DNA from: Eledone cirrhosa
Taxonomy: Eukaryota
DNA length: 64,000 nt
Assembly: GCA_964016885.1 (NCBI GenBank)
Contig: OZ024759.1
Span: 1,922,001-1,986,000, forward strand
Direction of reading: 5' to 3'
Part shown: in pieces, positions 13,701-31,120 of the stretch
Numbering within the stretch: position 1 is the first letter of the stretch
Layout of the letters: each line of letters opens with the position of its first letter
Notes under the pieces: generated by a model
Databases searched by the model: none
Seen by the model: the letters and a program-made list of their open reading frames with translations, nothing else
Told to the model about the DNA's origin: nothing
Translations under genes and position numbers: made by a program

Positions 13701-16700
13701 GTCTATATTAGTAACATGACAAAGTCTATATTAGTAACATGACAAAGTCTATATTAGTAACATGACACAGTATATATTAGTAACATGACAGTCTATATTA
13801 GTAACATGACAGTCTACATTAGTAACATGACACAGTCTATATTAGTAACATGACAAAGTCGATATTAGTAACATGACAATGTCTATATTAGTAACATGAC
13901 AAAGTCTATATTAGTAACATGACACAGTCTATATTACTAACATGACACAGTCTATATTAGTAACATGACACAGTCTATATTAGTAGCATGACACAGTCTA
14001 TATTAGTAACATGATACAGTCTATATTAGTAACATGACAAAGTCTATATTAGTAACATGACACAGTCTATATTAGTAACATGACACAGTCTATATTAGTA
14101 GCATGACACAGTCTATATTAGTAACATGATACAGTCTATATTAGTAACATGACAAAGTCTATATTAGTAACATGACAAAGTCTATATTAGTAAAATGACA
14201 AAGTCTATATTAGTAACATGACAAAGTCTTTATTAGTAACATGACACAGTCTATATTAGTAACATGACAAAGTCTACATTAGTAACATGACAAAGTCTAT
14301 ATTAGTAACATGACAAGGTCTATATTAGTAACATGACACAGTCTATATTAGTAGCATGACACAGTCTATATTAGTAACATGATACAGTCTATATTAGTAA
14401 CATGACAAAGTCTATATTAGTAACATGACACAGTCTATATTAGTAACATGACAGTCTATATTAGTAACATGACAGTCTACATTAGTAACATGACACAGTC
14501 TATATTAGTAACATGACAAAGTCGATATTAGTAACATGACAATGTCTATATTAGTAACATGACAAAGTCTATATTAGTAACATGACACAGTCTATATTAC
14601 TAACATGACACAGTCTATATTAGTAACATGACAAAGTCTATATTAGTAACATGACAAAGTCTATATTAGTAACATGACAAAGTCTATATTAGTAACATGA
14701 CACAGTCTATATTAGTAACATGACACAGTCTATATTAGTAGCATGACACAGTCTATATTAGTAACATGATACAGTCTATATTAGTAACATGACAAAGTCT
14801 ATATTAGTAATATGACAAAGTCTATATTAGTAAAATGACAAAGTCTATATTAGTAACATGACAAAGTCTTTATTAGTAACATGACACAGTCTATATTAGT
14901 AACATGACACAGTCTATATTAGTAACATGACAAAGTCTATATTAGTAACATGACAAAGTCTATATTAGTAACATGACACAGTCTATATTAGTAACATGAC
15001 ACAGTCTATATTAGTAACATGACAAAGTCTATATTAGTTACATGACAAAGTCTATATTAGTAACATGACACAGTCTATATTAGTAACATGACACAGTCTA
15101 TATTAGTAACATGAGACAGTCTATATTAGTAGCATGACAAAGTCTATATTAGTAACATGACACAGTCTACATTAGTAACATGACAAAGTCTATATTAGTA
15201 ACATGACACAGTCTATATTAGTAACATGAGACAGTCTATATTAGTAACATGACAAAGTCTATATTAGTAACATGACACAGTCTATATTAGTAACATGACA
15301 CAGTCTATATTAGTAACATGACAAAGTCTATATTAGTAACATGACAAAGTCTATATTAGTAACATGACAAAGTCTATATTAGTAACATGACAAAGTCTAT
15401 ATTAGTAGCATGACACAGTCTATATTAGCAACATGACAAAGTCTATATTAGTAGCATGACACAGTCTATATTAGTAGCATGACAAAGTCTGTATTAGTAA
15501 CATGACAAAGTCTATATTAGTAACATGACAAAGTCTATATTAGTAACATGACAAAGTCTATATTAGTAACATGACACAGTCTATATTAGTAACATGACAA
15601 AGTCTATATTAGTAGCATGACAAAGTCTATATTAGTAACATGACAAAGTCTATATTAGTAACATGACAAAGTCTATATTAGTAACATGACAAAGTCTATA
15701 TTAGTAACATGACAAAGTCGATATTAGTAACATGACAAAGTCTATATTAGTAACATGACACAGTATATATTAGTAACATGACAGTCTATATTAGTAACAT
15801 GACAGTCTGCATTAGTAACATGACACAGTCTATATTAGTAACATGACAAAGTCGATATTAGTAACATGACAATGTCTATATTAGTAACATGACAAAGTCT
15901 ATATTAGTAACATGACACAGTCTATATTACTAACATGACACAGTCTATATTAGTAACATGACACAGTCTATATTAGTAACATGACAAAGTCTATATTAGT
16001 AACATGACAAAGTCTATATTAGTAACATGACAAAGTCTATATTAGTAACATGACACAGTCTATATTAGTAGCATGACACAGTCTATATTAGTAACATGAT
16101 ACAGTCTATATTAGTAACATGACAAAGTCTATATTAGTAACATGACAAAGTCTATATTAGTAGCATGACAAAGTCTATATTAGTAACATGACACAGTCTA
16201 CATTAGTAACATGACAAAGTCTATATTAGTAACATGACACAGTCTATATCAGTAACATGATACAGTCTATATTAGTAACATGACAAAGTCTATATTAGTA
16301 ACATGACAAAGTCTATATTAGTAAAATGACAAAGACTATATTAGTAACATGACAAAGTCTTTATTAGTAACATGACACAGTCTATATTAGTAACATGAAA
16401 GAGTCTACATTAGTAAAATGACAAAGTCTATATTAGTAACATGACAAGGTCTATATTAGTAACATGACACAGTCTATATTAGTAGCATGACACAGTCTAT
16501 ATTAGTAACATGATACAGTCTATATTAGTAACATGACAAAGTCTATATTAGTAACATGACACAGTCTATATTAGTAACATGACAGTCTATATTAGTAACA
16601 TGACAGTCTACATTAGTAACATGACACAGTCTATATTAGTAACATGACAAAGTCGATATTAGTAACATGACAATGTCTATATTAGTAACATGACAAAGTC

Positions 16701-19700
16701 TATATTAGTAACATGACACAGTCTATATTACTAACATGACACAGTCTATATTAGTAACATGACAAAGTCTATATTAGTAACATGACAAAGTCTATATTAG
16801 TAACATGACAAAGTCTATATTAGTAACATGACACAGTCTATATTAGTAACATGACACAGTCTATATTAGTAGCATGACACAGTCTATATTAGTAACATGA
16901 TACAGTCTATATTAGTAACATGACAAAGTCTATATTAGTAATATGACAAAGTCTATATTAGTAAAATGACAAAGTCTATATTAGTAACATGACAAAGTCT
17001 ATATTAGTAACATGACACAGTCTATATTAGTAACATGACACAGTCTATATTAGTAACATGACAAAGTCTATATTAGTAACATGACAAAGTCTATATTAGT
17101 AGCATGACAAAGTCTATATTAGTAACATGACACAGTCTACATTAGTAACATGACAAAGTCTATATTAGTAACATGACACAGTCTATATTAGTAACATGAG
17201 ACAGTCTATATTAGTAACATGACAAAGTCTATATTAGTAACATGACACAGTCTATATTAGTAACATGACACAGTCTATATTAGTAACATGACAAAGTCTA
17301 TATTAGTAACATGACAAAGTCTATATTAGTAACATGACAAAGTCTATATTAGTAACATGACACAGTCTATACTAGTAACATGACACAGTGTATATTAGTA
17401 ACATGACAAAGTCTATATTAGTAACATGACAAAGTCTATATTAGTAACATGACAAAGTCTATATTAGTAACATGACAAAGTCTATATTAGTAGCATGACA
17501 CAGTCTATATTAGCAACATGACAAAGTCTATATTAGTAACATGACACAGTCTATATTAGTAGCATGACAAAGTCTGTATTAGTAACATGACAAAGTCTAT
17601 ATTAGTAACATGACAAAGTCTATATTAGTAACATGACAAAGTCTATATTAGTAACATGACACAGTCTATATTAGTAACATGACAAAGTCTATATTAGTTA
17701 CATGACAAAGTCTATATTAGTAACATGACAAAGTCTATATTAGTAACATGACACAGTCTATATTAGTAACATGACACAGTCTATATTAGTAGCATGACAC
17801 AGTCTATATTAGTAACATGATAAGTGTATATTAGTAACATGACAAAGTCTATATTAGTAACATGACAAAGTCTATATTAGTAAAATGACAAAGACTATAT
17901 TAGTAACATGACAAAGTCTTTATTAGTAACATGACACAGTCTATATTAGTAACATGAAAGAGTCTACATTAGTAACATGACAAAGTCTATATTAGTAACA
18001 TGACAAGGTCTATATTAGTAACATGACACAGTCTATATTAGTAGCATGACACAGTCTATATTAGTAACATGATACAGTCTATATTAGTAACATGACAAAG
18101 TCTATATTAGTAACATGACACAGTCTATATTAGTAACATGACAGTCTATATTAGTAACATGACAGTCTACATTAGTAACATGACACAGTCTATATTAGTA
18201 ACATGACAAAGTCGATATTAGTAACATGACAATGTCTATATTAGTAACATGACAAAGTCTATATTAGTAACATGACACAGTCTATATTACTAACATGACA
18301 CAGTCTATATTAGTAACATGACAAAGTCTATATTAGTAACATGACAAAGTCTATATTAGTAACATGACAAAGTCTATATTAGTAACATGACACAGTCTAT
18401 ATTAGTAACATGACACAGTCTATATTAGTAGCATGACACAGTCTATATTAGTAACATGATACAGTCTATATTAGTAACATGACAAAGTCTATATTAGTAA
18501 TATGACAAAGTCTATATTAGTAAAATGGCAAAGTCTATATTAGTAACATGACAAAGTCTTTATTAGTAACATGACACAGTCTATATTAGTAACATGACAC
18601 AGTCTATATTAGTAACATGACAAAGTCTATATTAGTAACATGACAAAGTCTATATTAGTAACATGACACAGTCTATATTAGTAACATGACACAGTCTATA
18701 TTAGTAACATGACAAAGTCTATATTAGTAACATGACAAAGTCTATATTAGTAACATGACACAGTCTATATTAGTAACATGACACAGTCTATATTAGTAAC
18801 ATGAGACAGTCTATATTAGTAGCATGACAAAGTCTATATTAGTAACATGACACAGTCTACATTAGTAACATGACAAAGTCTATATTAGTAACATGACACA
18901 GTCTATATTAGTAACATGAGACAGTCTATATTAGTAACATGACAAAGTCTATATTAGTAACATGACACAGTCTATATTAGTAACATGACACAGTCTATAT
19001 TAGTAACATGACAAAGTCTATATTAGTAACATGACAAAGTCTATATTAGTAACATGACAAAGTCTATATTAGTAACATGACACAGTCTATACTAGTAACA
19101 TGACACAGTCTATATTAGTAACATGACAAAGTCTATATTAGTAACATGACAAAGTCTATATTAGTAACATGACAAAGTCTATATTAGTAACATGACAAAG
19201 TCTATATTAGTAGCATGACACAGTCTATATTAGCAACATGACAAAGTCTATATTAGTAACATGACACAGTCTATATTAGTAGCATGACAAAGTCTGTATT
19301 AGTAACATGACAAAGTCTATATTAGTAACATGACAAAGTCTATATTAGTAACATGACAAAGTCTATATTAGTAACATGACACAGTCTATATTAGTAACGT
19401 GACAAAGTCTATATTAGTAGCATGACAAAGTCTATATTAGTAACATGACAAAGTCTATATTAGTAACATGACAAAGTCTATATTAGTATCATGACAAAGT
19501 CTATATTAGTAACATGACAAAGTCGATATTAGTAACATGACAAAGTCTATATTAGTAACATGACACAGTATATATTAGTAACATGACAGTCTATATTAGT
19601 AACATGACAGTCTACATTAGTAACATGACACAGTCTATATTAGTAACATGACAAAGTCGATATTACTAACATGACAATGTCTATATTAGTAACATGACAA

Positions 19701-22700
19701 AGTCTATATTAGTAACATGACACAGTCTATATTACTAACATGACACAGTCTATATTAGTAACATGACACAGTCTATATTAGTAACATGACAAAGTCTATA
19801 TTAGTAAAATGACAAAGTCTATATTAGTAACATGACAAAGTCTTTATTAGTAACATGACACAGTCTATATTAGTAACATGACACAGTCTATATTAGTAAC
19901 ATGACAAAGTCTATATTAGTAACATGACAAAGTCTATATTAGTAACATGACACAGTCTATATTAGTAACATCACACAGTATATATTAGTAACATGACAAA
20001 GTCTACATTAGTAACATGACAAAGTCTATATTAGTAACATGACAAGGTCTATATTAGTAACATGACACAGTCTATATTAGTAGCATGACACAGTCTATAT
20101 TAGTAACATGATACAGTCTATATTAGTAACATGACAAAGTCTATATTAGTAACATGACACAGTCTATATTAGTAACATGACAGTCTATATTAGTAACATG
20201 ACAGTCTACATTAGTAACATGACACAGTCTATATTAGTAACATGACAAAGTCGATATTAGTAACATGACAATGTCTATATTAGTAACATGACAAAGTCTA
20301 TATTAGTAACATGACACAGTCTATATTACTAACATGACACAGTCTATATTAGTAACATGACAAAGTCTATATTAGTAACATGACAACGTCTATATTAGTA
20401 ACATGACACAGTCTATATTAGTAACATGACAAAGTCTATATTAGTAACATGACACAGTCTATATTAGTAGCATGACACAGTCTATATTAGTAACATGATA
20501 CAGTCTATATTAGTAACATGACAAAGTCTATATTAGTAATATGACAAAGTCTATATTAGTAAAATCACAAAGTCTATATTAGTAACATGACAAAGTCTTT
20601 ATTAGTAACATGACACAGTCTATATTAGTAACATGACACAGTCTATATTAGTAACATGACAAAGTCTATATTAGTAACATGACAAAGTCTATATTAGTAA
20701 CATGACACAGTCTATATTAGTAACATGACACAGTCTATATTAGTAACATGACAAAGTCTATATTAGTAACATGACACAGTCTATATTAGTAACATGACAC
20801 AGTCTATATTAGTAACATGACACAGTCTATATTAGTAACATGACACAGTCTATATTAGTAACATGACAAAGTCTATATTAGTAACATGACAAAGTCTATA
20901 TTAGTAACATGACAAAGTCTATATTAGTAACATGACACAGTCTATATTAGTAACATGACACAGTCTATATTAGTAACATGACAAAGTCTATATTAGTAAC
21001 ATGACACAGTCTATATTAGTAACATGACACAGTCTATATTAGTAACATGAGACAGTCTATATTAGTAACATGACAAAGTCTATATTAGTATCATGACACA
21101 GTCTATATTAGTAACATGAGACAGTCTATATTAGTAACATGACAAAGTCTATATTAGTAACATGACACAGTCTATATTAGTAACATGACGAAGTCTATAT
21201 TAGTAACATGACACAGTCTATATTAGTAACATGACACAGTCTATATTAGTAACATGAAAAAGTCTATATTAGTAACATGACAAAGTCTATATTAGTAACA
21301 TGACAAAGTCTATATTAGTAACATGACACAGTCTATATTAGTAGCATGACACAGTCTATATTAGCAACATGACAAAGTCTATATTAGTAACATGACACAG
21401 TCTATATTAGTAACATGACACAGTCTATATTAGTAACATGACACAGTCTATATTAGTAACATGACAAAGTCTACATTAGTAACATGACAAAGTCTATATT
21501 AGTAACATGACAAGGTCTATATTAGTAACATGACACAGTCTATATTAGTAGCATGACACAGTCTATATTAGTAACATGATACAGTCTATATTAGTAACAT
21601 GACAAAGTCTATATTAGTAACATGACACAGTCTATATTAGTAACATGACAGTCTATATTAGTAACATGACAGTCTACATTAGTAACATGACACAGTCTAT
21701 ATTAGTAACATGACAAAGTCGATATTAGTAACATGACAATGTCTATATTAGTAACATGACAAAGTCTATATTAGTAACATGACACAGTCTATATTACTAA
21801 CATGACACAGTCTATATTAGTAACATGACAAAGTCTATATTAGTAACATGACAAAGTCTATATTAGTAACATGACAAAGTCTATATTAGTAACATGACAC
21901 AGTCTATATTAGTAACATGACACAGTCTATATTAGTAGCATGACACAGTCTATATTAGTAACATGATACAGTCTATATTAGTAACATGACAAAGTCTATA
22001 TTAGTAATATGACAAAGTCTATATTAGTAAAATGACAAAGTCTATATTAGTAACATGACAAAGTCTTTATTAGTAACATGACACAGTCTATATTAGTAAC
22101 ATGACACAGTCTATATTAGTAACATGACAAAGTCTATATTAGTAACATGACAAAGTCTATATTAGTAACATGACACAGTCTATATTAGTAACATGACACA
22201 GTCTATATTAGTAACATGACAAAGTCTATATTAGTAACATGACAAAGTCTATATTAGTAACATGACACAGTCTATATTAGTAACATGACACAGTCTATAT
22301 TAGTAACATGAGACAGTCTATATTAGTAGCATGACAAAGTCTATATTAGTAACATGACACAGTCTACATTAGTAACATGACAAAGTCTATATTAGTAACA
22401 TGACACAGTCTATATTAGTAACATGAGACAGTCTATATTAGTAACATGACAAAGTCTATATTAGTAACATGACACAGTCTATATTAGTAACATGACACAG
22501 TCTATATTAGTAACATGACAAAGTCTACATTAGTAACATGACAAAGTCTATATTAGTAACATGACAAAGTCTATATTAGTAACATGACACAGTCTATACT
22601 AGTAACATGACACAGTCTATATTAGTAACATGACAAAGTCTATATTAGTAACATGACAAAGTCTATATTAGTAACATGACAAAGTCTATGTTAGTAACAT

Positions 22701-25700
22701 GACAAAGTCTATATTAGTAGCATGACACAGTCTATATTAGCAACATGACAAAGTCTATATTAGTAACATGACACAGTCTATATTAGTAGCATGACAAAGT
22801 CTGTATTAGTAACATGACAAAGTCTATATTAGTAACATGACAAAGTCTATATTAGTAACATGACAAAGTCTATATTAGTAACATGACACAGTCTATATTA
22901 GTAACATGACAAAGTCTATATTAGTAGCATGACAAAGTCTATATTAGTAACATGACAAAGTCTATATTAGTAACATGACAAAGTCTATATTAGTAACATG
23001 ACACAGTATATATTAGTAACATGACAGTCTATATTAGTAACATGACAGTCTACATTAGTAACATGACACAGTCTATATTAGTAACATGACAAAGTCGATA
23101 TTAGTAACATGACAATGTCTATATTAGTAACATGACAAAGTCTATATTAGTAACATGACACAGTCTATATTACTAACATGACACAGTCTATATTAGTAAC
23201 ATGACACAGTCTATATTAGTAGCATGACACAGTCTATATTAGTAACATGATACAGTCTATATTAGTAACATGACAAAGTCTATATTAGTAACATGACACA
23301 GTCTATATTAGTAACATGACACAGTCTATATTAGTAGCATGACACAGTCTATATTAGTAACATGATACAGTCTATATTAGTAACATGACAAAGTCTATAT
23401 TAGTAACATGACAAAGTCTATATTAGTAAAATGACAAAGTCTATATTAGTAACATGACAAAGTCTTTATTAGTAACATGACACAGTCTATATTAGTAACA
23501 TGACAAAGTCTACATTAGTAACATGACAAAGTCTATATTAGTAACATGACAAGGTCTATATTAGTAACATGACACAGTCTATATTAGTAGCATGACACAG
23601 TCTATATTAGTAACATGATACAGTCTATATTAGTAACATGACAAAGTCTATATTAGTAACATGACACAGTCTATATTAGTAACATGACAGTCTATATTAG
23701 TAACATGACAGTCTACATTAGTAACATGACACAGTCTATATTAGTAACATGACAAAGTCGATATTAGTAACATGACAATGTCTATATTAGTAACATGACA
23801 AAGTCTATATTAGTAACATGACACAGTCTATATTACTAACATGACACAGTCTATATTAGTAACATGACAAAGTCTATATTAGTAACATGACAAAGTCTAT
23901 ATTAGTAACATGACAAAGTCTATATTAGTAACATGACACAGTCTATATTAGTAACATGACACAGTCTATATTAGTAGCATGACACAGTCTATATTAGTAA
24001 CATGATACAGTCTATATTAGTAACATGACAAAGTCTATATTAGTAATATGACAAAGTCTATATTAGTAAAATGACAAAGTCTATATTAGTAACATGACAA
24101 AGTCTTTATTAGTAACATGACACAGTCTATATTAGTAACATGACACAGTCTATATTAGTAACATGACAAAGTCTATATTAGTAACATGACAAAGTCTATA
24201 TTAGTAACATGACACAGTCTATATTAGTAACATGACACAGTCTATATTAGTAACATGACAAAGTCTATATTAGTTACATGACAAAGTCTATATTAGTAAC
24301 ATGACACAGTCTATATTAGTAACATGACACAGTCTATATTAGTAACATGAGACAGTCTATATTAGTAGCATGACAAAGTCTATATTAGTAACATGACACA
24401 GTCTACATTAGTAACATGACAAAGTCTATATTAGTAACATGACACAGTCTATATTAGTAACATGAGACAGTCTATATTAGTAACATGACAAAGTCTATAT
24501 TAGTAACATGACACAGTCTATATTAGTAACATGACACAGTCTATATTAGTAACATGACAAAGTCTATATTAGTAACATGACAAAGTCTATATTAGTAACA
24601 TGACAAAGTCTATATTAGTAACATGACAAAGTCTATATTAGTAGCATGACACAGTCTATATTAGCAACATGACAAAGTCTATATTAGTAGCATGACACAG
24701 TCTATATTAGTAGCATGACAAAGTCTGTATTAGTAACATGACAAAGTCTATATTAGTAACATGACAAAGTCTATATTAGTAACATGACAAAGTCTATATT
24801 AGTAACATGACACAGTCTATATTAGTAACATGACAAAGTCTATATTAGTAGCATGACAAAGTCTATATTAGTAACATGACAAAGTCTATATTAGTAACAT
24901 GACAAAGTCTATATTAGTAACATGACAAAGTCTATATTAGTAACATGACAAAGTCGATATTAGTAACATGACAAAGTCTATATTAGTAACATGACACAGT
25001 ATATATTAGTAACATGACAGTCTATATTAGTAACATGACAGTCTGCATTAGTAACATGACACAGTCTATATTAGTAACATGACAAAGTCGATATTAGTAA
25101 CATGACAATGTCTATATTAGTAACATGACAAAGTCTATATTAGTAACATGACACAGTCTATATTACTAACATGACACAGTCTATATTAGTAACATGACAC
25201 AGTCTATATTAGTAACATGACAAAGTCTATATTAGTAACATGACAAAGTCTATATTAGTAACATGACAAAGTCTATATTAGTAACATGACACAGTCTATA
25301 TTAGTAGCATGACACAGTCTATATTAGTAACATGATACAGTCTATATTAGTAACATGACAAAGTCTATATTAGTAACATGACAAAGTCTATATTAGTAGC
25401 ATGACAAAGTCTATATTAGTAACATGACACAGTCTACATTAGTAACATGACAAAGTCTATATTAGTAACATGACACAGTCGATATCAGTAACATGAGACA
25501 GTCTATATTAGTAACATGACTAAGTCTATATTAGTAACATGACACAGTCTATATTAGTAACATGACACAGTCTATATTAGTAACATGACAAAGTCTATAT
25601 TAGTTACATGACAAAGTCTATATTAGTAACATGACAAAGTCTATATTAGTAACATGACACAGTCTATATTAATAACATGACACAGTCTATATTAGTAGAA

Positions 25701-28700
25701 TGACACAGTCTATATTAGTAACATGATACAGTCTATATTAGTAACATGACAAAGTCTATATTAGTAACATGACAAAGTCTATATTAGTAAAATGACAAAG
25801 ACTATATTAGTAACATGACAAAGTCTTTATTAGTAACATGACACAGTCTATATTAGTAACATGAAAGAGTCTACATTAGTAAAATGACAAAGTCTATATT
25901 AGTAACATGACAAGGTCTATATTAGTAACATGACACAGTCTATATTAGTAGCATGACACAGTCTATATTAGTAACATGATACAGTCTATATTAGTAACAT
26001 GACAAAGTCTATATTAGTAACATGACACAGTCTATATTAGTAACATGACAGTCTATATTAGTAACATGACAGTCTACATTAGTAACATGACACAGTCTAT
26101 ATTAGTAACATGACAAAGTCGATATTAGTAACATGACAATGTCTATATTAGTAACATGACAAAGTCTATATTAGTAACATGACACAGTCTATATTACTAA
26201 CATGACACAGTCTATATTAGTAACATGACAAAGTCTATATTAGTAACATGACAAAGTCTATATTAGTAACATGACAAAGTCTATATTAGTAACATGACAC
26301 AGTCTATATTAGTAACATGACACAGTCTATATTAGTAGCATGACACAGTCTATATTAGTAACATGATACAGTCTATATTAGTAACATGACAAAGTCTATA
26401 TTAGTAATATGACAAAGTCTATATTAGTAAAATGACAAAGTCTATATTAGTAACATGACAAAGTCTATATTAGTAACATGACACAGTCTATATTAGTAAC
26501 ATGACACAGTCTATATTAGTAACATGACAAAGTCTATATTAGTAACATGACAAAGTCTATATTAGTAACATGACAAAGTCTATATTAGTAACATGACACA
26601 GTCTATACTAGTAACATGACACAGTGTATATTAGTAACATGACAAAGTCTATATTAGTAACATGACAAAGTCTATATTAGTAACATGACAAAGTCTATAT
26701 TAGTAACATGACAAAGTCTATATTAGTAGCATGACACAGTCTATATTAGCAACATGACAAAGTCTATATTAGTAACATGACACAGTCTATATTAGTAGCA
26801 TGACAAAGTCTGTATTAGTAACATGACAAAGTCTATATTAGTAACATGACAAAGTCTATATTAGTAACATGACAAAGTCTATATTAGTAACATGACACAG
26901 TCTATATTAGTAACATGACAAAGTCTATATTAGTTACATGACAAAGTCTATATTAGTAACATGACAAAGTCTATATTAGTAACATGACACAGTCTATATT
27001 AGTAACATGATAAGTGTATATTAGTAACATGACAAAGTCTATATTAGTAACATGACAAAGTCTATATTAGTAAAATGACAAAGACTATATTAGTAACATG
27101 ACAAAGTCTTTATTAGTAACATGACACAGTCTATATTAGTAACATGAAAGAGTCTACATTAGTAACATGACAAAGTCTATATTAGTAACATGACAAGGTC
27201 TATATTAGTAACATGACACAGTCTATATTAGTAGCATGACACAGTCTATATTAGTAACATGATACAGTCTATATTAGTAACATGACAAAGTCTATATTAG
27301 TAACATGACACAGTCTATATTAGTAACATGACACAGTCTATATTAATAACATGACACAGTCTATATTAGTAGAATGACACAGTCTATATTAGTAACATGA
27401 TACAGTCTATATTAGTAACATGACAAAGTCTATATTAGTAACATGACAAAGTCTATATTAGTAAAATGACAAAGACTATATTAGTAACATGACAAAGTCT
27501 TTATTAGTAACATGACACAGTCTATATTAGTAACATGAAAGAGTCTACATTAGTAAAATGACAAAGTCTATATTAGTAACATGACAAGGTCTATATTAGT
27601 AACATGACACAGTCTATATTAGTAGCATGACACAGTCTATATTAGTAACATGATACAGTCTATATTAGTAACATGACAAAGTCTATATTAGTAACATGAC
27701 ACAGTCTATATTAGTAACATGACAGTCTATATTAGTAACATGACAGTCTACATTAGTAACATGACACAGTCTATATTAGTAACATGACAAAGTCGATATT
27801 AGTAACATGACAATGTCTATATTAGTAACATGACAAAGTCTATATTAGTAACATGACACAGTCTATATTACTAACATGACACAGTCTATATTAGTAACAT
27901 GACAAAGTCTATATTAGTAACATGACAAAGTCTATATTAGTAACATGACAAAGTCTATATTAGTAACATGACACAGTCTATATTAGTAACATGACACAGT
28001 CTATATTAGTAGCATGACACAGTCTATATTAGTAACATGATACAGTCTATATTAGTAACATGACAAAGTCTATATTAGTAATATGACAAAGTCTATATTA
28101 GTAAAATGACAAAGTCTATATTAGTAACATGACAAAGTCTATATTAGTAACATGACAAAGTCTATATTAGTAACATGACACAGTCTATATTAGTAACATG
28201 ACAAAGTCTATATTAGTAACATGACAAAGTCTATATTAGTAGCATGACAAAGTCTATATTAGTAACATGACACAGTCTACATTAGTAACATGACAAAGTC
28301 TATATTAGTAACATGACACAGTCTATATTAGTAACATGAGACAGTCTATATTAGTAACATGACAAAGTCTATATTAGTAACATGACACAGTCTATATTAG
28401 TAACATGACACAGTCTATATTAGTAACATGACAAAGTCTATATTAGTAACATGACAAAGTCTATATTAGTAACATGACAAAGTCTATATTAGTAACATGA
28501 CACAGTCTATACTAGTAACATGACACAGTGTATATTAGTAACATGACAACGTCTATATTAGTAACATGACAAAGTCTATATTAGTAACATGACAAAGTCT
28601 ATATTAGTAACATGACAAAGTCTATATTAGTAGCATGACACAGTCTATATTAGCAACATGACAAAGTCTATATTAGTAACATGACACAGTCTATATTAGT

Positions 28701-31120
28701 AGCATGACAAAGTCTGTATTAGTAACATGACAAAGTCTATATTAGTAACATGACAAAGTCTATATTAGTAACATGACAAAGTCTATATTAGTAACATGAC
28801 ACAGTCTATATTAGTAACATGACAAAGTCTATATTAGTTACATGACAAAGTCTATATTAGTAACATGACAAAGTCTATATTAGTAACATGACACAGTCTA
28901 TATTAGTAACATGACACAGTCTATATTAGTAGCATGACACAGTCTATATTAGTAACATGATAAGTGTATATTAGTAACATGACAAAGTCTATATTAGTAA
29001 CATGACAAAGTCTATATTAGTAAAATGACAAAGACTATATTAGTAACATGACAAAGTCTTTATTAGTAACATGACACAGTCTATATTAGTAACATGAAAG
29101 AGTCTACATTAGTAACATGACAAAGTCTATATTAGTAACATGACAAGGTCTATATTAGTAACATGACACAGTCTATATTAGTAGCATGACACAGTCTATA
29201 TTAGTAACATGATACAGTCTATATTAGTAACATGACAAAGTCTATATTAGTAACATGACACAGTCTATATTAGTAACATGACAGTCTATATTAGTAACAT
29301 GACAGTCTACATTAGTAACATGACACAGTCTATATTAGTAACATGACAAAGTCGATATTAGTAACATGACAATGTCTATATTAGTAACATGACAAAGTCT
29401 ATATTAGTAACATGACACAGTCTATATTACTAACATGACACAGTCTATATTAGTAACATGACAAAGTCTATATTAGTAACATGACAAAGTCTATATTAGT
29501 AACATTACAAAGTCTATATTAGTAACATGACACAGTCTATATTAGTAACATGACACAGTCTATATTAGTAGCATGACACAGTCTATATTAGTAACATGAT
29601 ACAGTCTATATTAGTAACATGACAAAGTCTATATTAGTAATATGACAAAGTCTATATTAGTAAAATGGCAAAGTCTATATTAGTAACATGACAAAGTCTT
29701 TATTAGTAACATGACACAGTCTATATTAGTAACATGACACAGTCTATATTAGTAACATGACAAAGTCTATATTAGTAACATGACAAAGTCTATATTAGTA
29801 ACATGACACAGTCTATATTAGTAACATGACACAGTCTATATTAGTAACATGACAAAGTCTATATTAGTAACATGACAAAGTCTATATTAGTAACATGACA
29901 CAGTCTATATTAGTAACATGACACAGTCTATATTAGTAACATGAGACAGTCTATATTAGTAGCATGACAAAGTCTATATTAGTAACATGACACAGTCTAC
30001 ATTAGTAACATGACAAAGTCTATATTAGTAACATGACACAGTCTATATTAGTAACATGAGACAGTCTATATTAGTAACATGACAAAGTCTATATTAGTAA
30101 CATGACACAGTCTATATTAGTAACATGACACAGTCTATATTAGTAACATGACAAAGTCTATATTAGTAACATGACAAAGTCTATATTAGTAACATGACAA
30201 AGTCTATATTAGTAACATGACACAGTCTATACTAGTAACATGACACAGTCTATATTAGTAACATGACAAAGTCTATATTAGTAACATGACAAAGTCTATA
30301 TTAGTAACATGACAAAGTCTATATTAGTAACATGACAAAGTCTATATTAGTAGCATGACACAGTCTATATTAGCAACATGACAAAGTCTATATTAGTAAC
30401 ATGACACAGTCTATATTAGTAGCATGACAAAGTCTGTATTAGTAACATGACAAAGTCTATATTAGTAACATGACAAAGTCTATATTAGTAACATGACAAA
30501 GTCTATATTAGTAACATGACACAGTCTATATTAGTAACGTGACAAAGTCTATATTAGTAGCATGACAAAGTCTATATTAGTAACATGACAAAGTCTATAT
30601 TAGTAACATGACAAAGTCTATATTAGTATCATGACAAAGTCTATATTAGTAACATGACAAAGTCGATATTAGTAACATGACAAAGTCTATATTAGTAACA
30701 TGACACAGTATATATTAGTAACATGACAGTCTATATTAGTAACATGACAGTCTACATTAGTAACATGACACAGTCTATATTAGTAACATGACAAAGTCGA
30801 TATTACTAACATGACAATGTCTATATTAGTAACATGACAAAGTCTATATTAGTAACATGACACAGTCTATATTACTAACATGACACAGTCTATATTAGTA
30901 ACATGACACAGTCTATATTAGTAACATGACAAAGTCTATATTAGTAAAATGACAAAGTCTATATTAGTAACATGACAAAGTCTTTATTAGTAACATGACA
31001 CAGTCTATATTAGTAACATGACACAGTCTATATTAGTAACATGACAAAGTCTATATTAGTAACATGACAAAGTCTATATTAGTAACATGACACAGTCTAT
31101 ATTAGTAACATCACACAGTC
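10750..31120. repeat. Large tandem duplication: ~10750-19980 (~9.2 kb) repeated as ~19980-31120, second copy ~1.9 kb longer
   Basis: Rare markers at offset 9236: TATGTT 13451/22687, GTCTGC 15805/25041, ATATCAG (C at 16250/25486). Downstream markers at offset 11140: AAAGACTATA 16331/27471, ACGTG 19397/30537. Confidence 0.87.
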